Part shown: positions 1-8,607 of the stretch, piece by piece
Layout: the number at the start of each line of letters is the position of its first letter
How positions within the stretch are numbered: position 1 is the stretch's first letter
Assembly (NCBI GenBank): GCA_963719425.1
Contig: OY970382.1
Span: forward strand, 586,880-650,879
Reading direction: 5' to 3'
Length of the DNA stretch: 64,000 nt
Source of the DNA: an uncultured bacterium
Lineage (GTDB): Bacteria > Patescibacteriota > Minisyncoccia > UBA6257 > 2-01-FULL-56-20
Made by a program: the position numbers and the translations under genes
Notes under the pieces: model-generated
The model's input: the letters and a program-made list of their open reading frames with translations, nothing else
Database searches by the model: none
Told to the model about the DNA's origin: nothing

Positions 1-301
1 CAGTCGTGCCCACGTTGTCGGTCACGCCGGGGAGAAACCCGATCTCAACCGCCCATGCGAACTTCTTTGGCGCCTCGGCGGAATTAATTACCGCTCGTTC
101 AACGAGCGGGTTTTCAAAGAGTGCGGCGACTCCCTTGCGCTCCTTTGCCGTGAGCGGCATGTCCACCACGTATGAATCCGCGAGCGCGACGCCAGCGATC
201 CTCCCTTTGAAACCGCGGTCTTCAAACTGCCGCCGATACACCTCGGCCCGCGTGTCAGGTACTTTGTATCTGACATCAATGCGCACAGCCATTGCTTCCA
301 T
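1..301 (-). CDS. PurS-like domain protein, possibly the N-terminus of an FGAM-synthase-type protein. The 3' end runs off the window start.
   Basis: Reverse-strand ORF starting at ATG 301 (MEAMAVRIDVRYKV...LFENPLVE...VEIGFLPGVTDNVG). The pattern V.V.LK.GV.D..G occurs twice and looks like PurS, which is the basis for the call. It is truncated by the window edge. Confidence 0.3.
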   Translation of the reverse strand, partial: MEAMAVRIDVRYKVPDTRAEVYRRQFEDRGFKGRIAGVALADSYVVDMPLTAKERKGVAALFENPLVERAVINSAEAPKKFAWAVEIGFLPGVTDNVGTT

Positions 302-454
302 AATAACGTCCCCGCCAAACACGCGCAATACTCTGCTATGCCTGTCTTAGAGCACCACCCACGCACCCCGGGTGACAAACTAAGAAAGGGAGGGGGTCCT
401 CGGAAATAGCATGGCTGCGTGCGCGAAGATCCCCTCAAAATTATGGGTGCCCCA

Positions 455-751
455 TCAGGCGCAGATTCTCGGAGAACGCGGAATCGTACGGGCGAAAAGT
501 TTACCAATAGGAATCGCAGCTCCTTTAACTTCAACCCGGTGGCCATTAAAGACGTACGTCGCAGGAATGACGGTCCTTGCTTCAGAAGCCCAGGGTCCGC
601 CAGCCACGATGGCACTCTCCTTGTGAACGTACGCCTGGCTCAACTCCGAGTAAGATGCCCATTTGAAGTCCCGGTTGAGATACTTCCCTTCCCCTTTTAA
701 AACGATGAAGCCGTCTGCACTTCCCACGCTTCCGTTCATACTTCCCTCCAA
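455..751 (-). CDS. hypothetical protein (98 aa)
   Basis: Intact ORF with balanced composition, divergent from the Nudix gene. No recognisable motif. Confidence 0.3.
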   Translation of the reverse strand: MEGSMNGSVGSADGFIVLKGEGKYLNRDFKWASYSELSQAYVHKESAIVAGGPWASEARTVIPATYVFNGHRVEVKGAAIPIGKLFARTIPRSPRICA

Positions 752-841
752 AGATGGTGTCGGACACTCTTGCTGCCCGCTGCCAAAAGTTTAATCGGGC
801 GGACTTTGCATGTCAACAAAATCGGGTACAATAATACTGCT

Positions 842-1429
842 ATGGGGAACAACAGCGAACCAAGGGAGGGATTGCCACCGAACGCGCGCATGGTCTTTAA
901 GGGCGAAATTTTTGAGGTGTGGCAGTGGGAACAGAGGATGTTTGATGGAACGACGGAAATTTTTGAAAAAGTGTGGCGGCCGCCGACGGTAGAGGTCATA
1001 GCGGCGGTCGGCGACAAAATACTCATTGAAGAACAGGATCAACCCGACCATTCGCACTATATAAATTTGCCAAGCGGCAGAATTGACAATGAAAAAGCTC
1101 CGCTCGCAGAAGCAAAGCGGGAATTACTTGAAGAAACCGGCTACGAATCGGATGACTGGCAATCATTCATGCACAACAACAATAGAGGAAAGGTACTGCA
1201 TGACGGTTATTACTTCGTCGCAAGGAATTGCAAAAAGACGCGCGAGCCGAAGCTTGACGCGGGGGAAAAGATAACAACAAGGTTCATCACGTTCGACGAG
1301 CTTCTCGCGCTTGCCGACGAACCCCACTTCTGGGCCTTTCCCGAGTTCGTTACTTATCTCCTCCAGCTGCGGCTTGACCCCGCGAAGAAACAGGAATTCA
1401 AATCGCTGCTCTTCACTTATACACATTGA
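842..1429 (+). CDS. Nudix hydrolase
   Basis: Nudix box GRIDNEKAPLAEAKRELLEETGY (G-x5-E-x7-REUxEExGU). The ORF opens at 770. ATG 842 lies just after a TTGCAT...TACAAT promoter-like stretch at about 806-836. An alternative start is at 890. Confidence 0.75.
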   Translation: MGNNSEPREGLPPNARMVFKGEIFEVWQWEQRMFDGTTEIFEKVWRPPTVEVIAAVGDKILIEEQDQPDHSHYINLPSGRIDNEKAPLAEAKRELLEETGYESDDWQSFMHNNNRGKVLHDGYYFVARNCKKTREPKLDAGEKITTRFITFDELLALADEPHFWAFPEFVTYLLQLRLDPAKKQEFKSLLFTYTH

Positions 1430-1482
1430 CGCCGTAGCCAGTACGCTGTTATAGATTTTATTAGGAGAGGAGGTGATCACGA

Positions 1483-1836
1483 ATGCTGATCGCCAAAAAT
1501 GAGCGGGAGATGGAAGGGATCATCATATTTGATACCGGCATCATCCGTGCTGCAGACATAAACGGTGAAGTTCCCCTCCGTTGCAGGCTAGGTGACTGCT
1601 TGGCAGGTGGCAGAACGAAAGTGATTTTAAATCTCACCAATTGCCCCCGCCTTGGAGGCGAAGAAATCGGCGACCTCGCCGCCATAATCGCGGTCGTACG
1701 CAGTCCCGGCGGTAAGCTGAGATTAATTGTGGGGAGAAGAGTCTACGATTCGCTTCAGCTCAACAATCTCCTCACCGTCTTCGATGTTAATACTGACGAG
1801 GAGGCAGCGGTGAGAAACCTCAGGGATCAATGGTAG
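1483..1836 (+). CDS. STAS-domain protein (anti-sigma-factor antagonist family)
   Basis: STAS-like pattern VILNLTNCPRLGGEEIGDL...GGKLRLI...TDEEAAV. A strong SD (aggagaggagg) precedes the ATG. Confidence 0.6.
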   Translation: MLIAKNEREMEGIIIFDTGIIRAADINGEVPLRCRLGDCLAGGRTKVILNLTNCPRLGGEEIGDLAAIIAVVRSPGGKLRLIVGRRVYDSLQLNNLLTVFDVNTDEEAAVRNLRDQW

Positions 1837-1930
1837 CGGGGGTACGCATTTCACACTTAAACTCAATGCATGCCCCCGCACTTCCTAAGTACGGAACGAC
1901 GGTTGCATCTTTAGGAAGAGTTGCGAAGTA

Positions 1931-1960
1931 TTGACGATTGCGCCGCTATTTGCATATAGT
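1931..1960 (+). promoter_or_regulatory. sigma70-like promoter (TTGACG, 18 nt spacer, TATAGT) for the downstream hypothetical gene
   Basis: -35 TTGACG at 1931-1936 and -10 TATAGT at 1955-1960. They are followed by SD AGGGAGG at 1967-1973 and ATG at 1979. Confidence 0.4.
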
Positions 1961-1978
1961 GGTGGCAGGGAGGCAGTC

Positions 1979-2386
1979 ATGCCAAGCAAATTCATTAATT
2001 GTTGGACGTACCCACTTTCCGACCTTCTCCTTGCGGCGCTTTCCACCACTGGAAAGAATAACGATGGAGAAAAGCGGGAATTAGTGAAATTTCAAGTGAC
2101 AGCGCGGGACTTGGAAAACTTCACCCGGGAACATCACGAACTCCTGTGCTTATTACTAACAAGGGACGAATTCGAAACCGCGACAAGCGCCCTGACACTC
2201 CTCTGTCGAGCCGGTTATGTACTGGAACAGGCAGAGGTAGATGAATTCGTCGTGACCATCGAGGGATTCCAACGCGGCCAAGAGATAGTAAGTGAACATT
2301 TCAGCCGCCCGTTGGAACAGAGAGAAGATTTTGAGCGATTCTCCACCTCGTTTAACAAGCGGTTCGCTGTCGCGGGAAGTGAATGA
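1979..2386 (+). CDS. hypothetical protein (135 aa)
   Basis: The ORF track begins at TTG 1931. ATG 1979 has the good SD and is downstream of the promoter. No known motif. A 7-bp-stem hairpin follows at 2403-2438. Confidence 0.5.
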   Translation: MPSKFINCWTYPLSDLLLAALSTTGKNNDGEKRELVKFQVTARDLENFTREHHELLCLLLTRDEFETATSALTLLCRAGYVLEQAEVDEFVVTIEGFQRGQEIVSEHFSRPLEQREDFERFSTSFNKRFAVAGSE

Positions 2387-2475
2387 GGTGAGGCCAATTA
2401 TAACCAGGCCCGTTGTGAGTTCGAACCTCCTACGGGCCGGGATCTTCTTTACGTACTATAATGAACACAAGTTGT

Positions 2476-3420
2476 ATGAAAAACATCGTCACTATTGGAG
2501 GCGGTACCGGCAGCTTTAATGTTTTGAGCACCCTCAAAGGATATCCGGTACATCTCACGGCCATCGTCACGATGTCGGATGACGGCGGCTCCACGGGCCT
2601 CCTGCGCGACCAATACGGAGTGCTCCCGCCGGGCGACGTGCGGAGGGCGCTCGTCGCCCTCTCGGAGTCAAGCGCCGTGATGCGCGACCTTTTCAATTAT
2701 CGGTTTGAGAATGGAGGACTTGAGGGGCACAGTTTCGGCAATCTCTTCATTGCGGCGCTTGAAAAGGTAACCGGCAATTTTTCGGCGGCCCTTAAGGAGG
2801 TATCGGGCATTTTGAACATACGGGGAGAAGTGGCGCCGGTGACGCTTGACAACATCCGCCTGTGCGCCCGCCTTCGGAACGGGGAGGTTATTCGCGGCGA
2901 AACGAACATTGATGTTCCCGGCGCCCCGCACCGCTCCCCGATAGAAAAAGTGTGGCTTGAGCCCACCGCGCGCATGAACCCAAACCTGCGGCGCATCATA
3001 AGGAACGCCGACCTCGTCGTGATTGGTCCGGGTGATCTCTACACGAGCATCGTGCCGAATTTGCTGGTCCGCGGCGTGCGGGAGGAAATCAAAAAATCAA
3101 AGGCGAAAAAAGTGTTTCTCTGTAACCTGATGACAAAACGGGGCGAAACGGACAATTTCACTGCGGAAGATTTCGTGAAAACGGTTGAGTGGTATCTCGG
3201 CAAGAACGTGCTTGATTTTGCGGTTTTCAACAAAAAGCGGCCACAGCGGCAGCTGCTCAAAAAATACGGAGAGGAAGGCGCGCGCTTTGTAACTCCGCCG
3301 AAGGGATCCACAAGAAGCCGCAAGCCCGTCTATCTCATCGCGGACGTTCTTGATAGTTCCCGCTTCATCCGCCACGGTTCGCCCAAAAAGCTCGGGAAGT
3401 TGCTTCTTTCCCTTCTCTAA
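2476..3420 (+). CDS. YvcK/UPF0052 (CofD-like) gluconeogenesis-factor family protein
   Basis: N-terminal IVTIGGGTGSFNVLSTLK...TAIVTMSDDGGSTGLLRD typical of the YvcK/CofD family. -10 TACTATAAT at 2452-2460, with ATG at 2476. Confidence 0.8.
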   Translation: MKNIVTIGGGTGSFNVLSTLKGYPVHLTAIVTMSDDGGSTGLLRDQYGVLPPGDVRRALVALSESSAVMRDLFNYRFENGGLEGHSFGNLFIAALEKVTGNFSAALKEVSGILNIRGEVAPVTLDNIRLCARLRNGEVIRGETNIDVPGAPHRSPIEKVWLEPTARMNPNLRRIIRNADLVVIGPGDLYTSIVPNLLVRGVREEIKKSKAKKVFLCNLMTKRGETDNFTAEDFVKTVEWYLGKNVLDFAVFNKKRPQRQLLKKYGEEGARFVTPPKGSTRSRKPVYLIADVLDSSRFIRHGSPKKLGKLLLSLL

Positions 3421-3431
3421 ACGAAAATACC

Positions 3432-4223
3432 TTACGCGAGGAGCACTCCTCCATCAACCACGATCTGGCTTCCCGTCATATAGGAAGACATGTCGGAAGC
3501 GAGGAAAAGCGCGACTTTGCCGATGTCATCCGGTTCTCCCATCCGCTTCATGGGAATCCTTGCAAGAAAGTTCGCAAGCGTCTTGGTCATATCAACACCC
3601 CCGGGCGCCTGCGCCGTTTTTTGCATTCCGGTGGCCCCGGGCGTCGCGATCCCTCCCGGCGCGATCGCATTCACCCAAATGCGGTGCGGCGCGAGTTCCA
3701 ACGCCACGTTCTTTGTAAATCCCCACACGCCGTGCTTTGAAGCATCGTAGTGCGCAAGGCCGATGGATGAGGGATGCAGAGCATCAATGGAAGTAATGTT
3801 GATGATTTTCCCTCCGCGCCCCTGCGCGATCATCCGCTCGGCGACTTTTTTCGTGCACAAAAACACGCTCTTCAGATTGACGGCAAGCACCCGGTCAAAA
3901 TCGGCGGCGGCCATATTCATCACAAGAATGCTTGGATAGATGCCCGCATTGTTCACGAGAATATCCACGCCGCCGAACGCCTCCGCCGCTTTCGCTACCA
4001 TGCGCTCCACGTCCGCCTCATTGGACACATCCGTCTGCACCGCGTCCGCCTTCCAACCGTCCGTGAGAAGTTCCTGCTTCGCTTTCTCCACGTTCTCGGC
4101 ATTCACGTCCGCGAGGAGTACGTTCGCTCCCGCTTCCGCCAACCGGCGGCTGATCCCCCAGCCGATGCCCACCGCCCCGCCCGTCACGATTGCAGTTTTT
4201 CCCGAAAGATTGAGTAGTTCCAT
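3432..4223 (-). CDS. short-chain dehydrogenase/reductase (SDR) family oxidoreductase
   Basis: Rossmann motif TGGAVGIGWG, NNAG, catalytic YxxxK and the usual length of about 264 aa. The start was placed at MELLNLSGK (ATG 4223) rather than the upstream ORF opening at 4472. Confidence 0.85.
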   Translation of the reverse strand: MELLNLSGKTAIVTGGAVGIGWGISRRLAEAGANVLLADVNAENVEKAKQELLTDGWKADAVQTDVSNEADVERMVAKAAEAFGGVDILVNNAGIYPSILVMNMAAADFDRVLAVNLKSVFLCTKKVAERMIAQGRGGKIINITSIDALHPSSIGLAHYDASKHGVWGFTKNVALELAPHRIWVNAIAPGGIATPGATGMQKTAQAPGGVDMTKTLANFLARIPMKRMGEPDDIGKVALFLASDMSSYMTGSQIVVDGGVLLA

Positions 4224-4262
4224 AGGATTGCCATTTATTGTAGCACAATTTATTGCAACACA

Positions 4263-4514
4263 ATGCCCGCGGCCGAAAAGTGGTATAATGGTAATGTGCA
4301 GAAAAGGGATGCCATCTATGACGCGGAGAAGCTTGCCAGGTTTTTCGGCGTCACAAAAAAGACGGTGTGGGATTGGTGCAAGCACGGCAAGCTCCCCGGC
4401 TTCAAGATTGGAAAACAATGGAAGGTGCGCGTGGCGGATTTGCAAAAGATGATTGACCGGAAAATACGACATCCGAAGGAAGGCGCGGCGCCGACGACTC
4501 CAAAATTGTTTTAA
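4263..4514 (+). CDS. excisionase/MerR-family helix-turn-helix DNA-binding protein
   Basis: LARFFGVTKKTVWDWCKHGKLPGFKIGKQWKVRVADLQKMI matches the excisionase-type HTH_17 pattern. The start codon is uncertain. An extended -10 (TGGTATAAT) at 4281-4289 lies inside the ORF and a GTG at 4296 is an alternative start. Confidence 0.5.
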   Translation: MPAAEKWYNGNVQKRDAIYDAEKLARFFGVTKKTVWDWCKHGKLPGFKIGKQWKVRVADLQKMIDRKIRHPKEGAAPTTPKLF

Positions 4515-4551
4515 TTATTCTTAAAGGTCGGGGAAAACATTCATCATTTTT

Positions 4552-4701
4552 ATGTGGAAGCAGTGGATTAACTTCCTTCTTGGACTTCTTGTCATCATCT
4601 TCGCATATGCGACTCCGGGCCACACGCTGCGATTCGCCATCGCAGGACTTGTCATCGCGCTATTGTCGCTCTGGGCCGCGCTCGGCAAAAAGAGCGCGTA
4701 A
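4552..4701 (+). CDS. small hydrophobic membrane peptide (49 aa)
   Basis: MWKQWINFLLGLLVIIFAYATPGHTLRFAIAGLVIALLSLWAALGKKSA. One to two TM helices. An intrinsic terminator follows directly. Confidence 0.35.
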   Translation: MWKQWINFLLGLLVIIFAYATPGHTLRFAIAGLVIALLSLWAALGKKSA

Positions 4702-4710
4702 GCGTAAGGA

Positions 4711-4733
4711 ACGCCCCGAAAGGGGCGTTTTTG
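4711..4733 (+). terminator. rho-independent terminator
   Basis: ACGCCCC-GAAA-GGGGCGT stem-loop followed by TTTTT. Confidence 0.6.
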
Positions 4734-4770
4734 ATTGCCACGGATCACCTGCTCTCTCAAAAATAAACCG

Positions 4771-5418
4771 CTACGAACTCACGGCGGACTTCAAGAGCGC
4801 GTAATCCGCGCGGAAAAGATTTTTCGCAATGTGAAAGACGCCGAACGCGATGAAAAGCGCGGAGAACACGTCTATGGAATAGTGGAGATGCCCAAGGAGC
4901 ACGGAAACGCCGCCGATCGTGGTGAATGCGAAGAAAAGGTATCGTAAATATTTTTCGTCCCAAAAGACGAAGGCGAGCATAAAGGGCAATCCGGCATGCG
5001 CCGAAAAGAAGAGATCGTCGCCGGAGCTAAATCTATAGAAGAAATCGGTAGTATCAAGGTAGGAATGCACCTCTGGCGGCGCGATATGAGTAAGCACCAT
5101 AAAGATAGAACGAATGAGCGTAAAGAGGGCGATGCTTTTCAATACAAAAGGGATTCGCCGCGGCTCGTAAAAAATAATGAGAAGTACGAGGACATAGAAA
5201 ATAGTGGCTCCCTCCGTGAAGACAAAATCAACGTTTACGACAGGAATATTATCCAAGATAATGTCCGTGACGGTATTTGACGCATGCGTCACCGTAAAAA
5301 TATTCGCGTAATACGTTGCGAAGAGCGCAGCCCCATAAAATATCACACCGAAAATCACCCCGACAAGGAAGCTCTTTTTTGTCCAAATGCCTCTATGTTT
5401 TCGTATGAATCTCTCCAT
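4771..5418 (-). CDS. PAP2-superfamily membrane phosphatase (tentative)
   Basis: Multi-TM protein with SGH-like (FSSGDDLFFSAHAG) and HxxxD-like (HLHYSIDV) motifs. The start overlaps the upstream stop (TAATG). Confidence 0.45.
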   Translation of the reverse strand: MERFIRKHRGIWTKKSFLVGVIFGVIFYGAALFATYYANIFTVTHASNTVTDIILDNIPVVNVDFVFTEGATIFYVLVLLIIFYEPRRIPFVLKSIALFTLIRSIFMVLTHIAPPEVHSYLDTTDFFYRFSSGDDLFFSAHAGLPFMLAFVFWDEKYLRYLFFAFTTIGGVSVLLGHLHYSIDVFSALFIAFGVFHIAKNLFRADYALLKSAVSS

Positions 5419-7343
5419 TAGCGAACGTGAAGTTTCGCCTCGCGCACAAGTCCGGCCACAATCACATCCATATCCATCGTCGCCACCGCGACGAACTTGT
5501 CAGCTCCCCCGTAATACACGTAGAGCTGATGCTTCATCATAACCGCCCCGCAGGGAAATACAACATTCGGGACCACGCCCTCCTTTTCGTAAGACATCTC
5601 GGGCTCCAAGAGCGGGTCGTGCGTCCGATAAAGCACGAGAGAAGGATCTTTGGCATCAAGCAGCGCGGCGCGGATATTGTAATGGTTCGTGCGGCGCGAA
5701 ATGCCATGATAGAAAAGCAGCCATCCATATTCGGTTTCCAAGGGCGGCGAGGTGCCGCCAATTCGCTTTGAATCCCATTCGCTTGCGCGCGGCTGCATAA
5801 GAATCTTTCCGCCGAGGAATTTTGTCTCGCCGTCAAAATTCAAATCATCCACCGAATCAATCCAAATATCCGATCCAAGGCGATGCAAGAACCAATATTT
5901 CCCGGCAATCTTTTTGGGAAAGAGCGCTGCGTCTTTGTCGTCAAGGCCCAGCGGGGAGATCAAAACCGGCTTTGTCCAGTTCCATTTATGATCATCAAAA
6001 TCTCGCGCGCTAATGGAGGTGAACGCCACGCGCGGAGGGTTCTTCCCATCAAACGCGGTGTAGCACATATAGATCGTATCCTTTATTTGCGTAAGCCGCG
6101 GATCCTCGCAACCGGAATTGCTGCCCGGCATGAGCTTTTGCTCAAAACCTTCGCGTGGTGTGTAAATCGGATCCTGGAGCCGCTTTGCGATATGCACGCC
6201 ATCCACCGAGCTTGCGTATCCGATGACCGACGTATTGTCGTTGGACATCGCGCGGTAGAGAATCCGCACTTTCCCGTCCAAAAATATTGCCCCGGGGTTG
6301 AAGGTCGCCTTCGCTTCCCATGCATGCTCCTTGACCGGCGCGATGATGGGATTGCCTTCAAAACGGATGAGTTCCCGCCGTCTCGTGAAGACCAGTTGCG
6401 CCAAAAGGTCATTGAGCGGCAGCACTGCGGCACAAGAAACAGTATCTGCGGCGCCATAGTACAGGTATGCTTCCTTCTCGCGGATGAGCGCGCCTGACGG
6501 GAACACGGCATGCGGCACGCGCCCGTAGCACTCATATTCCTCTTCTGGCACAAGAAACGGCCGTTTCACCTCGCCAACGATTTTTTGGGGGTTCTTGAGA
6601 TCCAACAGCGCCGCCTGCACCCCGAAGATCGCCGGCGGCGAAAAGTAATTGTAAATATAGGAATAAAAAACGAACCAGCCGTCTTCGGTTTTTAGTGGCG
6701 CCGAGCCGACCTCCACTTGGTCCTTCTCCAAGTTTTCTTCAATGTCAATGACATGGCTTTTCCAATCGGCGTACCACGCGTTCCAATATTTTTCCGACCA
6801 AATGTCTTCAATGCGATCAAAAAGCGCAAAGCAGATCTTCGCCGGCGGCCGATCGGTGTTCACCGTAAGCATCGCCGCGATCTTGCCCTGGACACGCTCC
6901 GGAAAAAGCGCCATCGCCTTCGCGTTGAAAGGCGTCACAAGATGCTTCTCTTGTATCGTCCTGCAATCGTCGGTGATTGCGACGGCCACCTTGATGCCGT
7001 CCGCGGAAAATTCCCTGACCGCCGTGTAAAAAATATAGTGTTTTCCTTCGAACGTCGTCGCGCGGGGGTCTTCGCAGCCGTAGCGTTCCCAATCATGCTC
7101 CGGACCGAAGAGCCGCTCACGGTTCTTGAAATGAACGCCGTCCTCGCTTACCGCGTGGCCGATCACAGAAACTTCCACTTCGCGGTCTCCCATTTTTTGC
7201 CTCGCGCCCGTCGCGCGATAGAGCATGTGAATCAGGCCGCCTTCCGTGACGACGCACGGATTGTACGCGGCGACGGATTCCCACCCTGACTGCGGGTCGG
7301 GTGAAAGCACCGGATTTTCGGATAAACGCCTAACGAGCGGCAT
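5418..7343 (-). CDS. glycoside hydrolase family 130 (beta-mannoside phosphorylase family) protein with two tandem GH130 domains
   Basis: Two copies of the GH130 signature (NPxVxxxxxWE...YNPxxV...LYRA). The start was placed at MPLVRRLSENPVLSPD (ATG 7343). The ORF opens further upstream at 7583 and overlaps the preceding gene. Confidence 0.75.
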   Translation of the reverse strand: MPLVRRLSENPVLSPDPQSGWESVAAYNPCVVTEGGLIHMLYRATGARQKMGDREVEVSVIGHAVSEDGVHFKNRERLFGPEHDWERYGCEDPRATTFEGKHYIFYTAVREFSADGIKVAVAITDDCRTIQEKHLVTPFNAKAMALFPERVQGKIAAMLTVNTDRPPAKICFALFDRIEDIWSEKYWNAWYADWKSHVIDIEENLEKDQVEVGSAPLKTEDGWFVFYSYIYNYFSPPAIFGVQAALLDLKNPQKIVGEVKRPFLVPEEEYECYGRVPHAVFPSGALIREKEAYLYYGAADTVSCAAVLPLNDLLAQLVFTRRRELIRFEGNPIIAPVKEHAWEAKATFNPGAIFLDGKVRILYRAMSNDNTSVIGYASSVDGVHIAKRLQDPIYTPREGFEQKLMPGSNSGCEDPRLTQIKDTIYMCYTAFDGKNPPRVAFTSISARDFDDHKWNWTKPVLISPLGLDDKDAALFPKKIAGKYWFLHRLGSDIWIDSVDDLNFDGETKFLGGKILMQPRASEWDSKRIGGTSPPLETEYGWLLFYHGISRRTNHYNIRAALLDAKDPSLVLYRTHDPLLEPEMSYEKEGVVPNVVFPCGAVMMKHQLYVYYGGADKFVAVATMDMDVIVAGLVREAKLHVR

Positions 7344-8520
7344 TGCGTAACCTTGGAGCACCGTAGCGCTTGAGTCCCCTGAGAAACGTATCAAGTTTGG
7401 CCATTGCGACGCAGACCACGGAATCTCCTCCACCGTAGTACACATAAAGCTCGCCGTCTTTCGCGACCGCGCCGCAGGAATACACAACGCCGGATTTGAA
7501 CCCACCGTTCTCGTAATGCATATCCGGCTCCAAGACCGGCACCCGCGCGCGATATAAAACCTTCGTGGGATCTTTGAGGTCAAGGATCATCGCGCCGATT
7601 TTGTAGCGATCGGGGTCACGCACATCCATCGCGTGATAGAAAAGCAACCATCCCAGCTTCGTCTTTATGGGCGGCGGCCCCGCGCCGCGGATCCAGCTGT
7701 CCCAACCCCCTGTGCGCGAAACGCGGTCATAATGGCTTTGGATGACTACTTCCTCATTTTCCAATTTTTCCAAGCTGTCAAAATATTCAATTTCAACGCG
7801 CGGCGAAATACTGTGCAAAATGGCGAACTTGCCGTTGATCTTTTCAGGGAAGAGCACCCAGTTTTTGTGAATTTCTCCGGGTGGAGAGATGAGCGCCGGC
7901 TCCTTCCACGTCCAGCGCTTTTTCAAAAAATCTTCCAAACTGATGGAGGACAACGCGATGCGGATAGAGCCCCAGCCGTCAAACGCGGTATACATAAGGT
8001 ACACGGTATTGTGAAGAAGCGTGAGGCGGGGATCCTCGCAGCCACCGTTCCATCCCCCACCCGAGGAGTACGTGAGGGGTGAAACGGACACCTCGGGCAG
8101 CGGCTTCTTGCGGCTCACGGGGACAAATGCAGGTCGCTCTAAACGCTCCGCAATTGTCACCCCATCGTCGCTTCGCGCATATCCCAATACTGACATGTCG
8201 TCCCCCCCGATGGCGCGGTAGAGAAGATGCACGCGCCGATCCGCGTACACCGCACCAGGATTGAACGTTGCTTTCATTTCCCAATATCGCCCTTCGTGCG
8301 GCGAGAGGATCGGATTATGCTCGTGCCGCATAAGTTGATGGGGTTTTGCGCGCGCCCGTTCTTTCTTTTCCCTCCGCGCCCGCGCGAGCGCCGCGCGGCG
8401 CAAGGTTCGCAGCAATGCGGCGTGATGGAAATTAGATTTTTTTGTGCGGCCTCGCCGAACACGCTTTCCGGGAGAAGCGCCGGCGGACTTTTTTCTGATT
8501 GCTTTGCGGAGCAGCGGCAT
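7330..8520 (-). CDS. glycoside hydrolase family 130 (mannoside phosphorylase family)
   Basis: HNPILSPHEGRYWEMKATFNPGAVYADRRVHLLYRAIGGDD is a GH130 signature. The longest ORF adds a 63-aa Arg/Lys-rich N-terminal extension. An alternative start at ATG 8331 (MRHEHNPIL) gives a 334-aa core. Confidence 0.75.
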   Translation of the reverse strand: MPLLRKAIRKKSAGASPGKRVRRGRTKKSNFHHAALLRTLRRAALARARREKKERARAKPHQLMRHEHNPILSPHEGRYWEMKATFNPGAVYADRRVHLLYRAIGGDDMSVLGYARSDDGVTIAERLERPAFVPVSRKKPLPEVSVSPLTYSSGGGWNGGCEDPRLTLLHNTVYLMYTAFDGWGSIRIALSSISLEDFLKKRWTWKEPALISPPGEIHKNWVLFPEKINGKFAILHSISPRVEIEYFDSLEKLENEEVVIQSHYDRVSRTGGWDSWIRGAGPPPIKTKLGWLLFYHAMDVRDPDRYKIGAMILDLKDPTKVLYRARVPVLEPDMHYENGGFKSGVVYSCGAVAKDGELYVYYGGGDSVVCVAMAKLDTFLRGLKRYGAPRLRNAAR

Positions 8521-8607
8521 TGTATTAGCGATACCAAAACATGGGGATGAAAAACCCCCGACCTTATTTACAATTATACACTACACAGTACGCCGCGGAG
8601 GCCCCTC

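Noticed and set aside
6-615. ORFs 6..350 (+) and 88..615 (-) at the window start
   Set aside because: Ser/Thr/Ala/Arg-skewed composition typical of off-frame translation. A third reading (minus strand, start 301) gives a PurS-like sequence instead.
2403-2438. GGCCCGT...GAGTTCGAACCTC...ACGGGCC hairpin resembling a tRNA T-arm and acceptor
   Set aside because: No D-arm or anticodon arm can be built upstream. More likely a 7-bp-stem terminator-like hairpin after the hypothetical gene.
7330-8520. 63-aa Arg/Lys-rich N-terminal extension of the second GH130
   Set aside because: It cannot be decided from sequence whether translation starts at 8520 or 8331. It is kept as an alternative rather than a feature.
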